DNA of 36,610 bases from a virus (Duplodnaviria; Heunggongvirae; Uroviricota; Caudoviricetes): the IMG/VR virus record IMGVR_UViG_2541047898_000006, one strand, 5' to 3'. A program made the translations under genes and the position numbers. Of this stretch, positions 26,609-36,610 are shown in pieces (within the stretch, counting starts at the first letter, position 1; every line of letters begins with the position of its first letter). A model generated the notes under the pieces. It was given only the letters and a program-made list of their open reading frames with translations, did not search any database and was not told where the DNA came from.

Positions 26609-27781
26609 ATGGCTCAGGATTACCACCACGGGGTGCGCGTTGTTGAAGTCAACGAAGGCACCCGATCCATTACCACGGTGAGCACCGCTATCGTGGGTAT
26701 GGTCTGCACGGGCGATGATGCCGATGCAAAAATGTTTCCTCTTAATAAACCCGTGCTGATCACTGATGTGCTGACTGCCAGCGGTAAAGCGGGTGAGTCC
26801 GGTACTCTGGCCCGTTCGCTGGATGCCATCGCTGACCAGGCAAAACCCGTGACCGTTGTTGTGCGTGTGCCGCAGGGTGAAACGGAAGAAGAAACCACGA
26901 CCAATATCATCGGTGCAGTGACCGCTGAAGGTAAAAAAACAGGCATGAAAGCCCTGTTATCTGCCCAGACACTGCTCGGCGTTAAACCGCGCATTCTCGG
27001 CGTGCCAGGTCACGATAACAAAGCCGTTGCTACTGAGTTGCTGAGTGTGGCGCAAAGCCTGCGTGGGTTTGCCTACCTGTCAGCGTATGGTTGCAAGACG
27101 GTACAGGAGGCGATCACTTACCGTGAAAACTTCAGCCAGCGCGAAGGGATGCTGATCTGGCCTGACTTTACTGGCTGGGACACGGTGCTGAACGCCGAAG
27201 CAACGGCATATGCCACCGCCCGTGCGCTTGGTCTGCGCGCCAAAATTGATGAGCAGACCGGGTGGCACAAAAGCCTGTCCAACGTGGGCGTGAACGGTGT
27301 CACCGGAATTTCTGCTGATGTGTTCTGGGATCTGCAGGACCCGGCAACCGATGCAGGTCTGCTGAACCAGAACGACGTCACCACGCTTGTGCGTAAAGAC
27401 GGTTTCTGCTTCTGGGGTTCCCGCTGCCTGAGTGATGACCCGCTCTTTGCCTTCGAAAACTACACCCGCACGGCGCAGGTGCTGACGGACACAATGGCAG
27501 AAGCGCATATGTGGGCAGTGGATAAACAGCTTAACCCGTCGCTGGCCCGCGACATTATCGAAGGTATCCGCGCCAAAATGCGCAGCCTGGTCAGTCAGGG
27601 CTATCTCATTGGTGGTGATTGCTGGCTGGATGAGTCGGTGAACGACAAAGACACGCTGAAAGCCGGAAAACTCACCATCGACTATGACTACACGCCAGTG
27701 CCGCCACTTGAAAATCTGATGCTGCGCCAGCGCATCACCGATCAGTACCTGGTGAATTTCGCCAGCCAGGTCAGCGCGTAA
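26609..27781 (+). CDS. FI: Tail sheath protein (gpFI)
   Basis: 390 aa, AGGAGG SD; size and synteny as P2 FI. Confidence 0.9.
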   Translation: MAQDYHHGVRVVEVNEGTRSITTVSTAIVGMVCTGDDADAKMFPLNKPVLITDVLTASGKAGESGTLARSLDAIADQAKPVTVVVRVPQGETEEETTTNIIGAVTAEGKKTGMKALLSAQTLLGVKPRILGVPGHDNKAVATELLSVAQSLRGFAYLSAYGCKTVQEAITYRENFSQREGMLIWPDFTGWDTVLNAEATAYATARALGLRAKIDEQTGWHKSLSNVGVNGVTGISADVFWDLQDPATDAGLLNQNDVTTLVRKDGFCFWGSRCLSDDPLFAFENYTRTAQVLTDTMAEAHMWAVDKQLNPSLARDIIEGIRAKMRSLVSQGYLIGGDCWLDESVNDKDTLKAGKLTIDYDYTPVPPLENLMLRQRITDQYLVNFASQVSA

Positions 27782-27790
27782 GGGGACAAC

Positions 27791-28306
27791 ATGGCTTTAC
27801 CACGCAAATTAAAACATCTGAACTTGTTTAACGACGGGAACAACTGGCAGGGGATCGTTGAGTCGCTGACGCTGCCGAAATTCACCCGCAAATATGAGAA
27901 GTATCGCGGCGGCGGTATGCCGGGGGCGGTGGATGTGGATCTGGGACTGGATGACAGTGCACTGGATACAGAATTTTCCATTGGTGGTACTGAACTGCTG
28001 CTGTTTAAGCAGATGGGCAAATCCACAGTGGACGGCATCCAGCTGCGCTTTACCGGCTCTATCCAGCGTGACGATACCGGGGAAGTGCAGGCCGTGGAGC
28101 TTGTCGTGCGTGGACGTCACAAAGAAGTGGATTCCGGCGAGTGGAAGACGGGCGAAAGCAACACCACCAAAGTGACCAGTACCAACAGCTACGCGAAGCT
28201 GACCATCAATGGTGAGGTGCTCTATGAAGTGGACCTTATCAACATGGTGGAAATTGTGGACGGTGTGGACCTGATGGAAGCGCACCGCAACGCCCTCGGC
28301 CTCTGA
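27791..28306 (+). CDS. FII: Tail tube protein (gpFII)
   Basis: 171 aa following the sheath gene; size and synteny as P2 FII. Confidence 0.9.
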   Translation: MALPRKLKHLNLFNDGNNWQGIVESLTLPKFTRKYEKYRGGGMPGAVDVDLGLDDSALDTEFSIGGTELLLFKQMGKSTVDGIQLRFTGSIQRDDTGEVQAVELVVRGRHKEVDSGEWKTGESNTTKVTSTNSYAKLTINGEVLYEVDLINMVEIVDGVDLMEAHRNALGL

Positions 28307-28360
28307 TGTATCTGAACGGCGCGGAATGCCGCGCCAGAACCTAATTTACAGGACAACAAA

Positions 28361-28663
28361 ATGAGCGATAAACAGACTGAAAAGACCATTCAACTGGATA
28401 CCCCCATCATGCGCGGTAAAACAGAAATTACCGAAATTGTGTTGCGTAAACCGCAGTCTGGTGCGCTGCGCGGCACACGCCTGCAGGCCATTATGGATAT
28501 GGATGTGAACGCGATGATGACCGTGATCCCCCGCATCTCCAGTCCGGCACTGACTGCACAGGAAATCGCAGAGATGGACCCGGCAGATCTCACAGCCATG
28601 TCGGTTGAGGTTGTCACTTTTTTGTTGAAGAAGTCGGTGCTTGCCGGTTTACCGACAGCCTGA
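28361..28663 (+). CDS. E: Tail assembly chaperone E
   Basis: 100-aa ORF immediately upstream of the tape measure gene and containing the slippery TTTTTTG. Confidence 0.85.
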   Translation: MSDKQTEKTIQLDTPIMRGKTEITEIVLRKPQSGALRGTRLQAIMDMDVNAMMTVIPRISSPALTAQEIAEMDPADLTAMSVEVVTFLLKKSVLAGLPTA

Positions 28664-28797
28664 CGGTTGACGATCTGGTGGCAGATATCGCCACCATTTT
28701 TCACTGGCCGCCATCCGTTACTGACGTTATGCCGCTGACCGAAGTGCTGGAATGGCGGTATAAAGCGATTCAGAGAAGCGGGGCCAACGATGAGTGA
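28361..28797 (+). CDS. E': Tail assembly chaperone E+E' (-1 programmed frameshift product)
   Basis: A -1 slip at T_TTT_TTG (28618..28624) opens a frame that continues to TGA at 28795..28797, overlapping the T start. This is the conserved chaperone frameshift arrangement upstream of tape measure genes. Confidence 0.6.
28618..28624 (+). other. Slippery heptamer TTTTTTG for the E/E' -1 ribosomal frameshift
   Basis: X_XXY_YYZ heptamer in frame with E, 13 codons before the E stop. Confidence 0.6.
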
Positions 28798-31700
28798 TAA
28801 TAACCTGCGGCTGCAGGTCATTCTTAATGCGGTTGACAAACTCACCCGCCCATTCCGTGCTGCACAGGCCAGTTCGAAAGAGCTGGCTGGCGCAATCAGA
28901 AACTCCCGTGACGCATTAAAGCAACTCAATCAGGCGGGTAACAGCCTGGAAAAATTTCGCAAGCTGCAGGCCGATAACAAGAAGTTAGGCGATAGGCTGA
29001 ACTATGCCAGACAGAAGGCTAATTTGCTTAGCTCTGAGCTGGAGGCGATGGAACAACCATCACAACGGCACCTTGTGGCTTTAGGTCGACAAACGCTGGC
29101 AGTCCAACGCCTGGAAGAACAACAAAAATATTTGCAGAAGCAAACGGCGCTTGTGCGTGCAGAACTGTACCGGGCGGGAATTTCTGCGAAAGATGATGCG
29201 GGAGCAACTGCCCGTTTAGCCCGTGAAACATCACGTTATAACCAGGAATTGTCGAAACAGGAGGCGCGGCTGAAGCGACTGGGTGAAGCTCAGCGCAGGA
29301 TGAATGCGGCGCGTGCCAGTTATGCCCGTTCGCTGGAGGTGCGCGATCGTATTGCAGGAGCCGGAGCCACTACCACGGCTGCAGGGCTGGCAATGGGGAC
29401 GCCAGTGATGGCGGCAGTAAAAAGCTATACCAGCATGGAAGATGCCATGAAAGGTGTGGCAAAGCAGGTCAATGGTCTGCGTGACGATAATGGCAACCGC
29501 ACTGCACGTTTTTATGAAATGCAGGATGCCATCAAGGCTGCCAGCGAACAGTTGCCGATGGAAAACGGTGCGGTGGACTTCGCTGCACTGGTTGAAGGTG
29601 GTGCGCGCATGAACGTCGCAAACCCTGACGACAGCTGGGAAGACCAGAAACGTGATCTGCTGGCCTTCGCCAGCACGGCAGCAAAGGCGGCAACAGCCTT
29701 TGAGCTGCCAGCGGATGAACTGTCAGAAAGTCTGGGGAAAATCGCCCAGCTCTACAAAATCCCTACCCGCAATATTGAACAGCTCGGCGATGCGCTGAAC
29801 TATCTGGATGATAACGCCATGTCGAAAGGGGCAGACATCATTGATGTCATGCAACGCTTGGGCGGTGTGGCTGATCGTCTGGATTATCGTAAAGCGGCGG
29901 CTCTGGGCTCCACCTTCCTGACATTGGGCGCTGCGCCAGAGGTTGCAGCCAGTGCAGCAAACGCGATGGTGCGTGAATTGTCCATTGCCACCATGCAAAG
30001 CAAGAGTTTCTTTGAAGGGATGAATCTGCTGAAACTCAATCCTGAAGTGATTGAAAAGCAGATGACGAAGGATGCGATGGGAACCATCCAGCGCGTGCTG
30101 GAGAAGGTGAACGCACTGCCGCAGGACAAGCGTCTGTCTGCCATGACCATGTTGTTTGGTAAAGAGTTTGGTGATGACGCGGCGAAACTGGCAAACAACC
30201 TGCCGGAACTGCAGCGCCAGCTAAAACTGACAGCGGGCAATGATGCGCTCGGTTCCATGCAGAAAGAATCCGACATCAACAAAGACTCACTTTCTGCTCA
30301 GTGGTTGCTGGTCAAAACCGGAGCGCAGAACACCTTCAGCAGCCTGGGCGAAACGCTGCGCCAGCCGCTGATGGATATTCTGTACACGGTGAAAAGCATC
30401 ACGGGGGCGTTGCGCCGCTGGGTGGAAGCTAACCCGGAACTGACAGGCACACTGATGAAAGTAGCGGCTGTTGTGGCTGCGGTTACCGTAGGCCTCGGCA
30501 CCTTAGCGGTGGCGCTGGCTGCAGTTCTGGGGCCGCTGGCAGTGATCCGTCTGGGATTCTCTGTGCTGGGTATCAAAACGTTACCTTCCGTTACGGTAGC
30601 AGTAACTCGAACCAGCAGCGCGTTGTCCTGGCTGGCTGGCGCACCACTGGCACTGCTGCGACGCGGGCTTGCTTCATCGGGCAACGCCGCAGGTTTACTT
30701 ACTGCGCCGTTGTCGTCTTTGCGCCGTACGGCATCACTGACGGGAAATGTCCTGAAAACTGTAGCAGGTGCGCCGGTTGCACTATTGCGGTCTGGATTAT
30801 CCGCTTTACGTGCTGTTGCTGTGATGTTTATTAATCCTCTGGCGGTACTGCGCGGTGGACTGGCTGCCGTAGGCGCGGTGCTTCGTGTGCTTGCATCTGG
30901 TCCGCTGGCGATGCTGCGCGTTGCCCTGTATGCCATATCTGGTCTGTTAGGTGCTCTGCTCAGTCCGATAGGTCTTGTGGTTACTGCACTGGCGGGTGTG
31001 GCACTGGTTGTCTGGAAATACTGGCAACCCATCACCGCATTTCTCGGTGGCGTGGTGGAAGGATTCAAAGCAGCGGCTGGTCCCATCAGTGCTGCATTCG
31101 AACCGCTTATGCCCGTGTTTCAGTGGATTGGCGACAAAGTGCAGGCGCTGTGGGGCTGGTTTACTGATCTGCTGGCGCCCGTTAAGTCGACCTCTGCCGA
31201 ACTACAGATCGCAGCGGCAATGGGGCGACGATTCGGGGAGGCTCTGGCGGAAGGGCTGAATATGGTCATGCATCCGCTGGACTCCCTGAAATCCGGCGTT
31301 TCCTGGTTGCTGGAGAAACTTGGCATTGTCAGTAAAGAGGCCGCAAAGGCAAAACTGCCGGAAAGCGTGACGCGTCAGCCACCTGTAACGGTGAATGCAG
31401 ACGGTAAAGTGATGATGCCATCGGGTGGTTTTCCGTCATGGGGATATGGCTTTGCGGGGTTGTATGACAGCGGCGGGTATATCCCGCGCGGGCAGTTCGG
31501 CATTGTCGGTGAAAACGGGCCTGAAATTGTCAACGGTCCGGCAAACGTGACCAGCCGGAGAAATACCGCTGCACTGGCTGCGGTTGTCGCCGGAATGATG
31601 GGAGTTGCTGCCGCGCCAGCAGAGCTTCCACCGTTACATCCTTTGGCGCTTCCCGCGAAAGGCGGTAAAGCGATGGTGAGTCGCGCAGCTGCTGTGCCGC

Positions 31701-31867
31701 CCGTTCACCGGATTGAGGCACCGACGCAGATCATCATCCAGACGCAGCCAGGACAAAGTGCGCAGGATATTGCGCGGGAGGTGGCACGCCAGCTTGATGA
31801 ACGTGAACGCAGGCTGAAGGCAAAAGCCAGGAGTAACTACAGCGATCAGGGGGGATACGACGCATGA
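28790..31867 (+). CDS. T: Tail tape measure protein (gpT)
   Basis: 1025 aa, N-terminal coiled-coil-rich region, central hydrophobic repeats, position after E/E'. Confidence 0.9.
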   Translation: MSDNNLRLQVILNAVDKLTRPFRAAQASSKELAGAIRNSRDALKQLNQAGNSLEKFRKLQADNKKLGDRLNYARQKANLLSSELEAMEQPSQRHLVALGRQTLAVQRLEEQQKYLQKQTALVRAELYRAGISAKDDAGATARLARETSRYNQELSKQEARLKRLGEAQRRMNAARASYARSLEVRDRIAGAGATTTAAGLAMGTPVMAAVKSYTSMEDAMKGVAKQVNGLRDDNGNRTARFYEMQDAIKAASEQLPMENGAVDFAALVEGGARMNVANPDDSWEDQKRDLLAFASTAAKAATAFELPADELSESLGKIAQLYKIPTRNIEQLGDALNYLDDNAMSKGADIIDVMQRLGGVADRLDYRKAAALGSTFLTLGAAPEVAASAANAMVRELSIATMQSKSFFEGMNLLKLNPEVIEKQMTKDAMGTIQRVLEKVNALPQDKRLSAMTMLFGKEFGDDAAKLANNLPELQRQLKLTAGNDALGSMQKESDINKDSLSAQWLLVKTGAQNTFSSLGETLRQPLMDILYTVKSITGALRRWVEANPELTGTLMKVAAVVAAVTVGLGTLAVALAAVLGPLAVIRLGFSVLGIKTLPSVTVAVTRTSSALSWLAGAPLALLRRGLASSGNAAGLLTAPLSSLRRTASLTGNVLKTVAGAPVALLRSGLSALRAVAVMFINPLAVLRGGLAAVGAVLRVLASGPLAMLRVALYAISGLLGALLSPIGLVVTALAGVALVVWKYWQPITAFLGGVVEGFKAAAGPISAAFEPLMPVFQWIGDKVQALWGWFTDLLAPVKSTSAELQIAAAMGRRFGEALAEGLNMVMHPLDSLKSGVSWLLEKLGIVSKEAAKAKLPESVTRQPPVTVNADGKVMMPSGGFPSWGYGFAGLYDSGGYIPRGQFGIVGENGPEIVNGPANVTSRRNTAALAAVVAGMMGVAAAPAELPPLHPLALPAKGGKAMVSRAAAVPPVHRIEAPTQIIIQTQPGQSAQDIAREVARQLDERERRLKAKARSNYSDQGGYDA
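30529..30935 (+). repeat. Degenerate tandem coding repeats within the tape measure gene (PLA[VL]LRxGL units)
   Basis: At least five copies of a motif encoding (G/A/N)PLA(V/L/M)(I/L)R(x)GL in the translated sequence. Confidence 0.5.
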
Positions 31868-32349
31868 TGATGGTGCTGGGATTGTACGTGTTTATGCTGC
31901 GCACCGTTCCGTATCAGGAACTGCAGTATCAACGCAGCTGGCGACATGCGGCAAACAGCCGGGTAAACCGTCGTCCGTCCACGCAGTTTCTGGGACCGGA
32001 CAACGACATGCTGACGCTTTCCGGTGTTCTTATGCCGGAGATAACGGGCGGCAGGCTGTCGTTGCTGGCTCTGGAGCAGATGGCAGAACAGGGAAAAGCA
32101 TGGCCCCTGATTGAAGGCAGCGGCACGATTTACGGCATGTATGTGATTGAGGGACTGAATCAGACTAAAACGGAGTTCTTCCGCGACGGTATGCCGCGCA
32201 GGATTGAGTTCACCCTGTCGCTAAAACGCGTGGATGAATCCCTGTCCGATATGTTCGGTGATCTCAGTGCGCAACTGAATAATCTGCAGGGAACGGCAAC
32301 ATCTGCCTTAAGCGATATCAGTAAAACGGTGGGAGGGCTGCTGTCGTGA
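31864..32349 (+). CDS. U: Tail protein U
   Basis: 161 aa, coupled to T and D; size and synteny as P2 gpU. Confidence 0.85.
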   Translation: MMMVLGLYVFMLRTVPYQELQYQRSWRHAANSRVNRRPSTQFLGPDNDMLTLSGVLMPEITGGRLSLLALEQMAEQGKAWPLIEGSGTIYGMYVIEGLNQTKTEFFRDGMPRRIEFTLSLKRVDESLSDMFGDLSAQLNNLQGTATSALSDISKTVGGLLS

Positions 32350-33446
32350 ATTTCAGCTCTGAACTGCTTAACAAAGGCAACAAAACTCCGGCATTCAGCA
32401 TCAGTATTGAAGGCAGGGATATCACCACTGTGCTGGACAACCGCCTGATGGGGCTGACGCTGACGGATAACCGGGGCTTTGAAGCGGACCAGCTTGATCT
32501 GGAGCTGGACGACGCCGATGGAAAAATCGTGCTGCCGCGCCGTGGTGCGGTCATTACGCTGGCGCTGGGCTGGAAGGGGCAGCCGCTTTTCCCGAAAGGG
32601 GCATTCACGGTGGACGAGATTGAACACACTGGCGCACCGGACCGCCTGACTATCCGGGCGCGAAGTGCTGATTTTCGTGAAACGCTGAATACCCGTCGTG
32701 AAAAGTCGTGGCACAAGACCACCGTTGGGGAAGTGGTGAAGGAAATAGCTGCGCGGCACAAACTGAAGATGGCACTGGGTAAAGACCTGTCAGATAAACC
32801 CGTGGAACATATAGACCAGACCAATGAGAGTGACGGCAGTTTTCTGATGCGGCTGGCGCGACAGTACGGTGCCATCGCGTCGGTGAAAAATGGCAATCTG
32901 TTATTCATCCGGCAGGGACAGGGCAAAAGCGCCACTGGTAAACCACTGCCGGTGATCACTATCACACGCAAGGACGGCGACAGTCACCGCTTTACCCTGG
33001 CAGATCGCGGAGCCTACACGGGCGTAATTGCCAGCTGGTTGCATACCCGCGAACCTGCGAAGAAAGAAAGCACCACGGTGAAGCGTAAGCGCAGGACCAA
33101 GAAGCAGAAGAAAGAGCCGGAAGCGAAGCAGGGCGATTACCTGGTGGGTACGGATGAAAACGTGCTGGTACTTAATCGCACTTATGCCAACCGGAGCAAC
33201 GCCGAACGGGCGGCGAAAATGCAGTGGGAACGCCTGCAACGCGGCGTTGCGTCATTCTCGCTACAACTGGCGGAAGGACGGGCAGATCTCTACACGGAAA
33301 TGCCAGTGAAAGTCAGTGGCTTTAAACAGCCGATAGATGATGCGGAATGGACTATTACCACCCTGACGCATACTGTCAGCCCGGATAACGGTTTTACGAC
33401 GAGTCTGGAGCTTGAAGTGAAGATTGATGATTTCGAAATGGAATGA
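32346..33446 (+). CDS. D: Tail protein D (late gene D)
   Basis: 366 aa, last tail gene before ogr; synteny with P2 gpD. Confidence 0.88.
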   Translation: MNFSSELLNKGNKTPAFSISIEGRDITTVLDNRLMGLTLTDNRGFEADQLDLELDDADGKIVLPRRGAVITLALGWKGQPLFPKGAFTVDEIEHTGAPDRLTIRARSADFRETLNTRREKSWHKTTVGEVVKEIAARHKLKMALGKDLSDKPVEHIDQTNESDGSFLMRLARQYGAIASVKNGNLLFIRQGQGKSATGKPLPVITITRKDGDSHRFTLADRGAYTGVIASWLHTREPAKKESTTVKRKRRTKKQKKEPEAKQGDYLVGTDENVLVLNRTYANRSNAERAAKMQWERLQRGVASFSLQLAEGRADLYTEMPVKVSGFKQPIDDAEWTITTLTHTVSPDNGFTTSLELEVKIDDFEME

Positions 33447-33536
33447 TTCTTCGCAATGGAGAACTTTTAAGTTTTCAAAATGGAATAATGCGGTATCATT
33501 ATTGTGAATTTAGCAAAAATGGGGAGAACTCGAAAA

Positions 33537-33755
33537 ATGATGATTTGCCCACTGTGTGGAAGTGCCGCCCATACTCGCAGCAGTTTTCAGGTATCTTCAT
33601 TGACCAAAGAGCGTTACAACCAGTGCCAGAACATTAACTGCAGCCATACTTTTGTTACCCATGAAACTTTTGTTCGTTCGATTGCAACGCCAAAAGAGTC
33701 AAATCCGGTTCAGCCGCATCCAATGAAATCAGGACAGGTGGCGCTCTCTCTTTGA
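33537..33755 (+). CDS. ogr: Ogr-type zinc-finger late transcription activator
   Basis: Start at ATG 33537 gives 72 aa, the same length as P2 Ogr. Motif CPLCGSAAHTRSS...KERYNQCQNINCSHTF parallels P2 Ogr (CPLCQHAAHARTS...KERYHQCQNVNCSATF). Confidence 0.88.
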   Translation: MMICPLCGSAAHTRSSFQVSSLTKERYNQCQNINCSHTFVTHETFVRSIATPKESNPVQPHPMKSGQVALSL

Positions 33756-33757
33756 GT

Positions 33758-33777
33758 CTGCCGCCAATTTGTCGCCA
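33758..33777. repeat. Putative attR core (ctgccgccaatttgtcgcca), direct repeat of 21..40
   Basis: 19/20 identity with 21..40; located 3 nt after the ogr stop at the prophage/host junction. Confidence 0.55.
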
Positions 33778-33841
33778 TCATTAAAAAATAGTGCTTCTAA
33801 CATCATGATTTTAAAAGGCATAAATTTCAGGCAACAAAAAA

Positions 33842-33878
33842 CCCATCAACCTTGAACCGAAATGGCGGGGTTGATGGG
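33842..33878 (-). terminator. Rho-independent terminator (minus strand), probably for host ybjL
   Basis: Perfect 10-bp inverted repeat CCCATCAACC / GGTTGATGGG with a 17-nt loop, followed on the minus strand by TTTTTT (plus-strand AAAAAA at 33836..33841). Confidence 0.5.
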
Positions 33879-33990
33879 CTCCACAAAATGGGGACATCAA
33901 AGAAAAGCAGTGGCACTAATTAAGACTGATGCCCTGCGGAAAAGTTCTGCGGTTGTGCAAAAAAATTTCATTTTCAGGGCAACTTCAGTT

Positions 33991-35676
33991 TTATCCTAAT
34001 CCTGGCCATACCATGACGATGATTGTCCCTGCCAGCGTCAGCAGGACGTTGGCGATTGCATAGGTGCCCGCATAGCCCAGCGCCGGGATGTTACTGCGAG
34101 CTGTATCACTGATGATCTCCATTGCCGGCGCGCAGGTACGTGCGCCCATCATTGCGCCGAACAACAGCGCGCGGTTCATTCGCAATACATAAGCACCGAA
34201 CAAGAAACAGATAACCACGGGCACCAGACTGACAATCAATCCGGCAATCAACATCTGACCGCCAATCGCGCCCAGGCCGTTATTAATACCGCTACCGGCG
34301 CTCAGACCAACGCCTGCCATAAACACCATCAAGCCGAACTCTTTCACCATGCTTAATGCACCCTGCGGAATGTAACCGAAGGTCGGGTGGTTAGCACGCA
34401 TAAAGCCCAGCATAATTCCGGCGAATAACAACCCGGCAGCGTTCCCCATGCCGAAACTGAATGTGCTGAACTGGAAGGTGATCATCCCGATCATCAGCCC
34501 AATAACAAAGAAGGCGCAGAATGCCAGCAGGTCAGTGACCTGGCTGTGAATCGAGATAAAGCCGATGCGATCGGCGATGGTTTTTACGCGGCGGGCATCG
34601 CCGCTGACTTGTAAAACGTCACCTTTGTTAAGCACGACGTTGTCATCTATCGGCATCTCAATCTGGCTACGAATGACGCGGTTAAGGAAGCAACCGTGAT
34701 CGGTCAACTTCAGTTGTGCGAGACGTTTACCTACAGCGTTATGGTTTTTAACGACCACTTCTTCAGTGACGATACGCATGTCGAGAAGGTCACGATCGAA
34801 AACTTCTTTACCGTTACGGAAGCTGGGATCGAGTCGGGCATGGGCGTCGGGATAGCCTACCAACGCTATTTCATCGCCCATTTGTAGCACGGCATCACCG
34901 TCTGGATTTGCCAGAATCCCGTTACGTCGAATACGTTCAATGTAGCAGCCGGTTTGTCGATAAATACCCAGTTCACGCAGATTTTTGCCGTCGGTCCAGG
35001 CCACCAGTTCCGGGCCGACGCGATAGGCGCGGATCACCGGTAAATAAACCTTACGGTTGGCATCAGTGTCCAGGCCACGTTCGCGGGCGATTTGCTGGGC
35101 GCTGGTCTGTAAGTCCTGATGCTGCAATTTCGGCAAGTAACGCGCACCAACAATCAAACTCACCAGACCGATTAAATAGGTTAAGGCATACCCGAGGCTC
35201 AGATTATCCAGTGCCAGTGAGAGCTGCCTGCTTTCCATGCCGGAATGACGCAGTGTATCGCCAGCACCGACCAGAACCGGTGTCGACGTCATAGAGCCTG
35301 CTAACATACCGGCCGTCAGGCCAATATCCCAGCCAAACAGCTTACCTAACCCTAAGGCGATCACCAGCGCACTGCCAACCATCACCAGTGCTAACATTAG
35401 GTAATTTTTCCCATCGCGAAAAAAAATGGAAAAAAAGTTCGGTCCGGCTTCGACCCCGACGCAGAAAATAAACAGCATAAAGCCAAGATTAAGCGCATCG
35501 GTGTTAATGCTGAAATGTTGTTGGCCTAATAACAGCGATACGACTAAAACGCCAATGGAATTACCCAGTTGGATCGAACCAAGTCGTAACTTTCCGAGAC
35601 ATAGCCCAAGCGCGAGGACCACAAATAATAACAGAATGTAATTCCCATTTAACAATTCGGCGACGTTTATATTCAC
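33991..35676 (-). CDS. ybjL: Putative transport protein YbjL (host)
   Basis: 561 aa with hydrophobic N- and C-terminal transporter halves and a central soluble region; N-terminus [28 protein letters not shown]; size and neighbourhood match E. coli ybjL. Confidence 0.85.
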
Positions 35677-35945
35677 GGAGGCTAACTTCTTGTTTACTAG
35701 TAAGCTGTTGAAAGAAATGGTAATTTACGATAATGTTTTTTACCAGAATTCAGGGCGCAGATTCATTCAGCGCACCTAAACGATAGTAAAGTAACAATAT
35801 ATTTTACTAGTGTAATCACATTAGGTATCAACGGCTATATGAATTGCGTTGGCCTATATTAGCATGGAATGCGAAGCGGCTTTATCTTACTGAACGCCAC
35901 ACTGGCGAAAAATGTGTTCGATAGACGCAGTGTCAGGAGGAACGA

Positions 35946-36323
35946 GTGAAACATAAACAACGTTGGGCGGGGGCAATCTGCTGTTTTGTCCTCTTCATTG
36001 TGGTGTGCCTTTTTCTGGCGACGCACATGAAAGGCGCTTTTCGGGCTGCCGGGCATCCTGAAATCGGCTTGCTATTTTTCATTCTTCCTGGAGCAGTCGC
36101 CAGCTTCTTTTCACAGCGTAGAGAAGTCCTGAAACCTCTGTTTGGCGCAATGCTGGCGGCACCCTGTTCGATGCTCATTATGCGGCTGTTTTTTTCACCG
36201 ACGCGCTCATTCTGGCAAGAGCTGGCATGGTTACTAAGCGCGGTGTTCTGGTGTGCGCTGGGGGCACTGTGTTTCTTATTTATCAGTAGTTTGTTTAAAC
36301 CACAGCACAGAAAAAATCAGTAA
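35946..36323 (+). CDS. ybjM: Inner membrane protein YbjM (host)
   Basis: 125-aa polytopic membrane protein with GTG start and AGGAGG SD; lies between ybjL and grxA as in E. coli. Confidence 0.8.
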   Translation: MKHKQRWAGAICCFVLFIVVCLFLATHMKGAFRAAGHPEIGLLFFILPGAVASFFSQRREVLKPLFGAMLAAPCSMLIMRLFFSPTRSFWQELAWLLSAVFWCALGALCFLFISSLFKPQHRKNQ

Positions 36324-36343
36324 AGCCCTCAACGCGAGGGCTT
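36323..36343 (-). terminator. Hairpin between convergent ybjM and grxA, probable grxA terminator
   Basis: 8-bp stem AAGCCCTC / GAGGGCTT with a 5-nt loop; on the minus strand a T-run follows about 6 nt after the stem. Confidence 0.4.
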
Positions 36344-36352
36344 GTCAGACGA

Positions 36353-36610
36353 TCAGGCGTCCAGATTTTCTTTCACCCATGCAGCAAAATCGGTATAGCC
36401 GCCGATATGTTGCTGATCGACAAAAATCTGCGGCACGGTTTCTACGGGTTTACCTGCCTTTTGTTGTAGATCTTCTTTAGTGATCCCTTCCGCACGAATA
36501 TCTACATACTGATACTGAAAATCATCGCGTTCATTGCTCAATTTCTCAGCCAGATCTTTTGCACGCACACAGTAAGGGCAACCCGAACGACCAAAAATAA
36601 CGGTTTGCAT
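36353..36610 (-). CDS. grxA: Glutaredoxin 1 (host)
   Basis: 85 aa with CPYC active site (MQTVIFGRSGCPYCVRAKDLAEKL...); matches E. coli GrxA as recalled. The start codon is the last 3 nt of the window. Confidence 0.95.
   Translation of the reverse strand: MQTVIFGRSGCPYCVRAKDLAEKLSNERDDFQYQYVDIRAEGITKEDLQQKAGKPVETVPQIFVDQQHIGGYTDFAAWVKENLDA

Larger units (their letters stand above)
21..33777. mobile_element. P2/186-family (peduovirus-like) prophage, apparently complete
   Basis: Full P2-order gene set from int to ogr, bounded by the 20-bp direct repeats and followed by host genes ybjL, ybjM and grxA. Confidence 0.85.

Noticed and set aside
29723-31326. Long minus-strand ORFs inside the tape measure gene (for example 30298..31086, 262 aa)
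   Set aside because: Ala/Thr/Arg/Pro-rich antisense translation of the repetitive GC-rich T gene; no SD and no plausible independent function.
33443-33637. 64-aa ORF overlapping the D stop and the ogr start
   Set aside because: Overlaps the well-supported ogr gene in another frame and has no SD.
1-36610. Search for CRISPR arrays, tRNA/rRNA genes and IS elements
   Set aside because: No regularly spaced direct repeats, no tRNA-like cloverleaf candidates near the att sites, and no transposase-like ORFs with terminal inverted repeats were seen. Absence is by eye only and was not checked with a tool.

Overview
The window holds an apparently complete P2/186-family prophage of about 33.8 kb (roughly 21..33777), integrated next to host genes that read as ybjL, ybjM and grxA of an E. 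coli-like enterobacterium (33991..36610). Gene order follows the P2 map: int, a 186-type CI repressor, Cox/Apl-like and CII-like regulators, a Dam methylase, replication gene A, then the cos region, portal/terminase (Q, P), capsid genes (O, N, M, L), a lysis cassette, tail and baseplate genes (R, S, V, W, J, I, H, G, FI, FII, E/E', T, U, D) and ogr. A 20-bp direct repeat (19/20 identical) at 21..40 and 33758..33777 marks the likely attL/attR cores. Four AT-rich cargo slots interrupt the conserved backbone. The most interesting is the slot between gene A and cos (7500..10500): a LexA-box promoter with a small ORF, a DEDDh exonuclease, and a tightly coupled gene pair that reads as a split HipA-like kinase (kinase core, then a HipA-N-terminal-like domain fused to a HIRAN domain). 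I regard that pair as a candidate, apparently uncharacterised, defence or toxin-type module. The other slots carry a small secreted Cys-containing peptide (cI-int), a membrane protein between cos and Q, a membrane protein between S and V, and an acyltransferase-3 gene between G and FI. All calls rest on reading the translations, motifs and synteny by eye; no database search was run, and coordinates of short motifs were calibrated against ORF-track boundaries.
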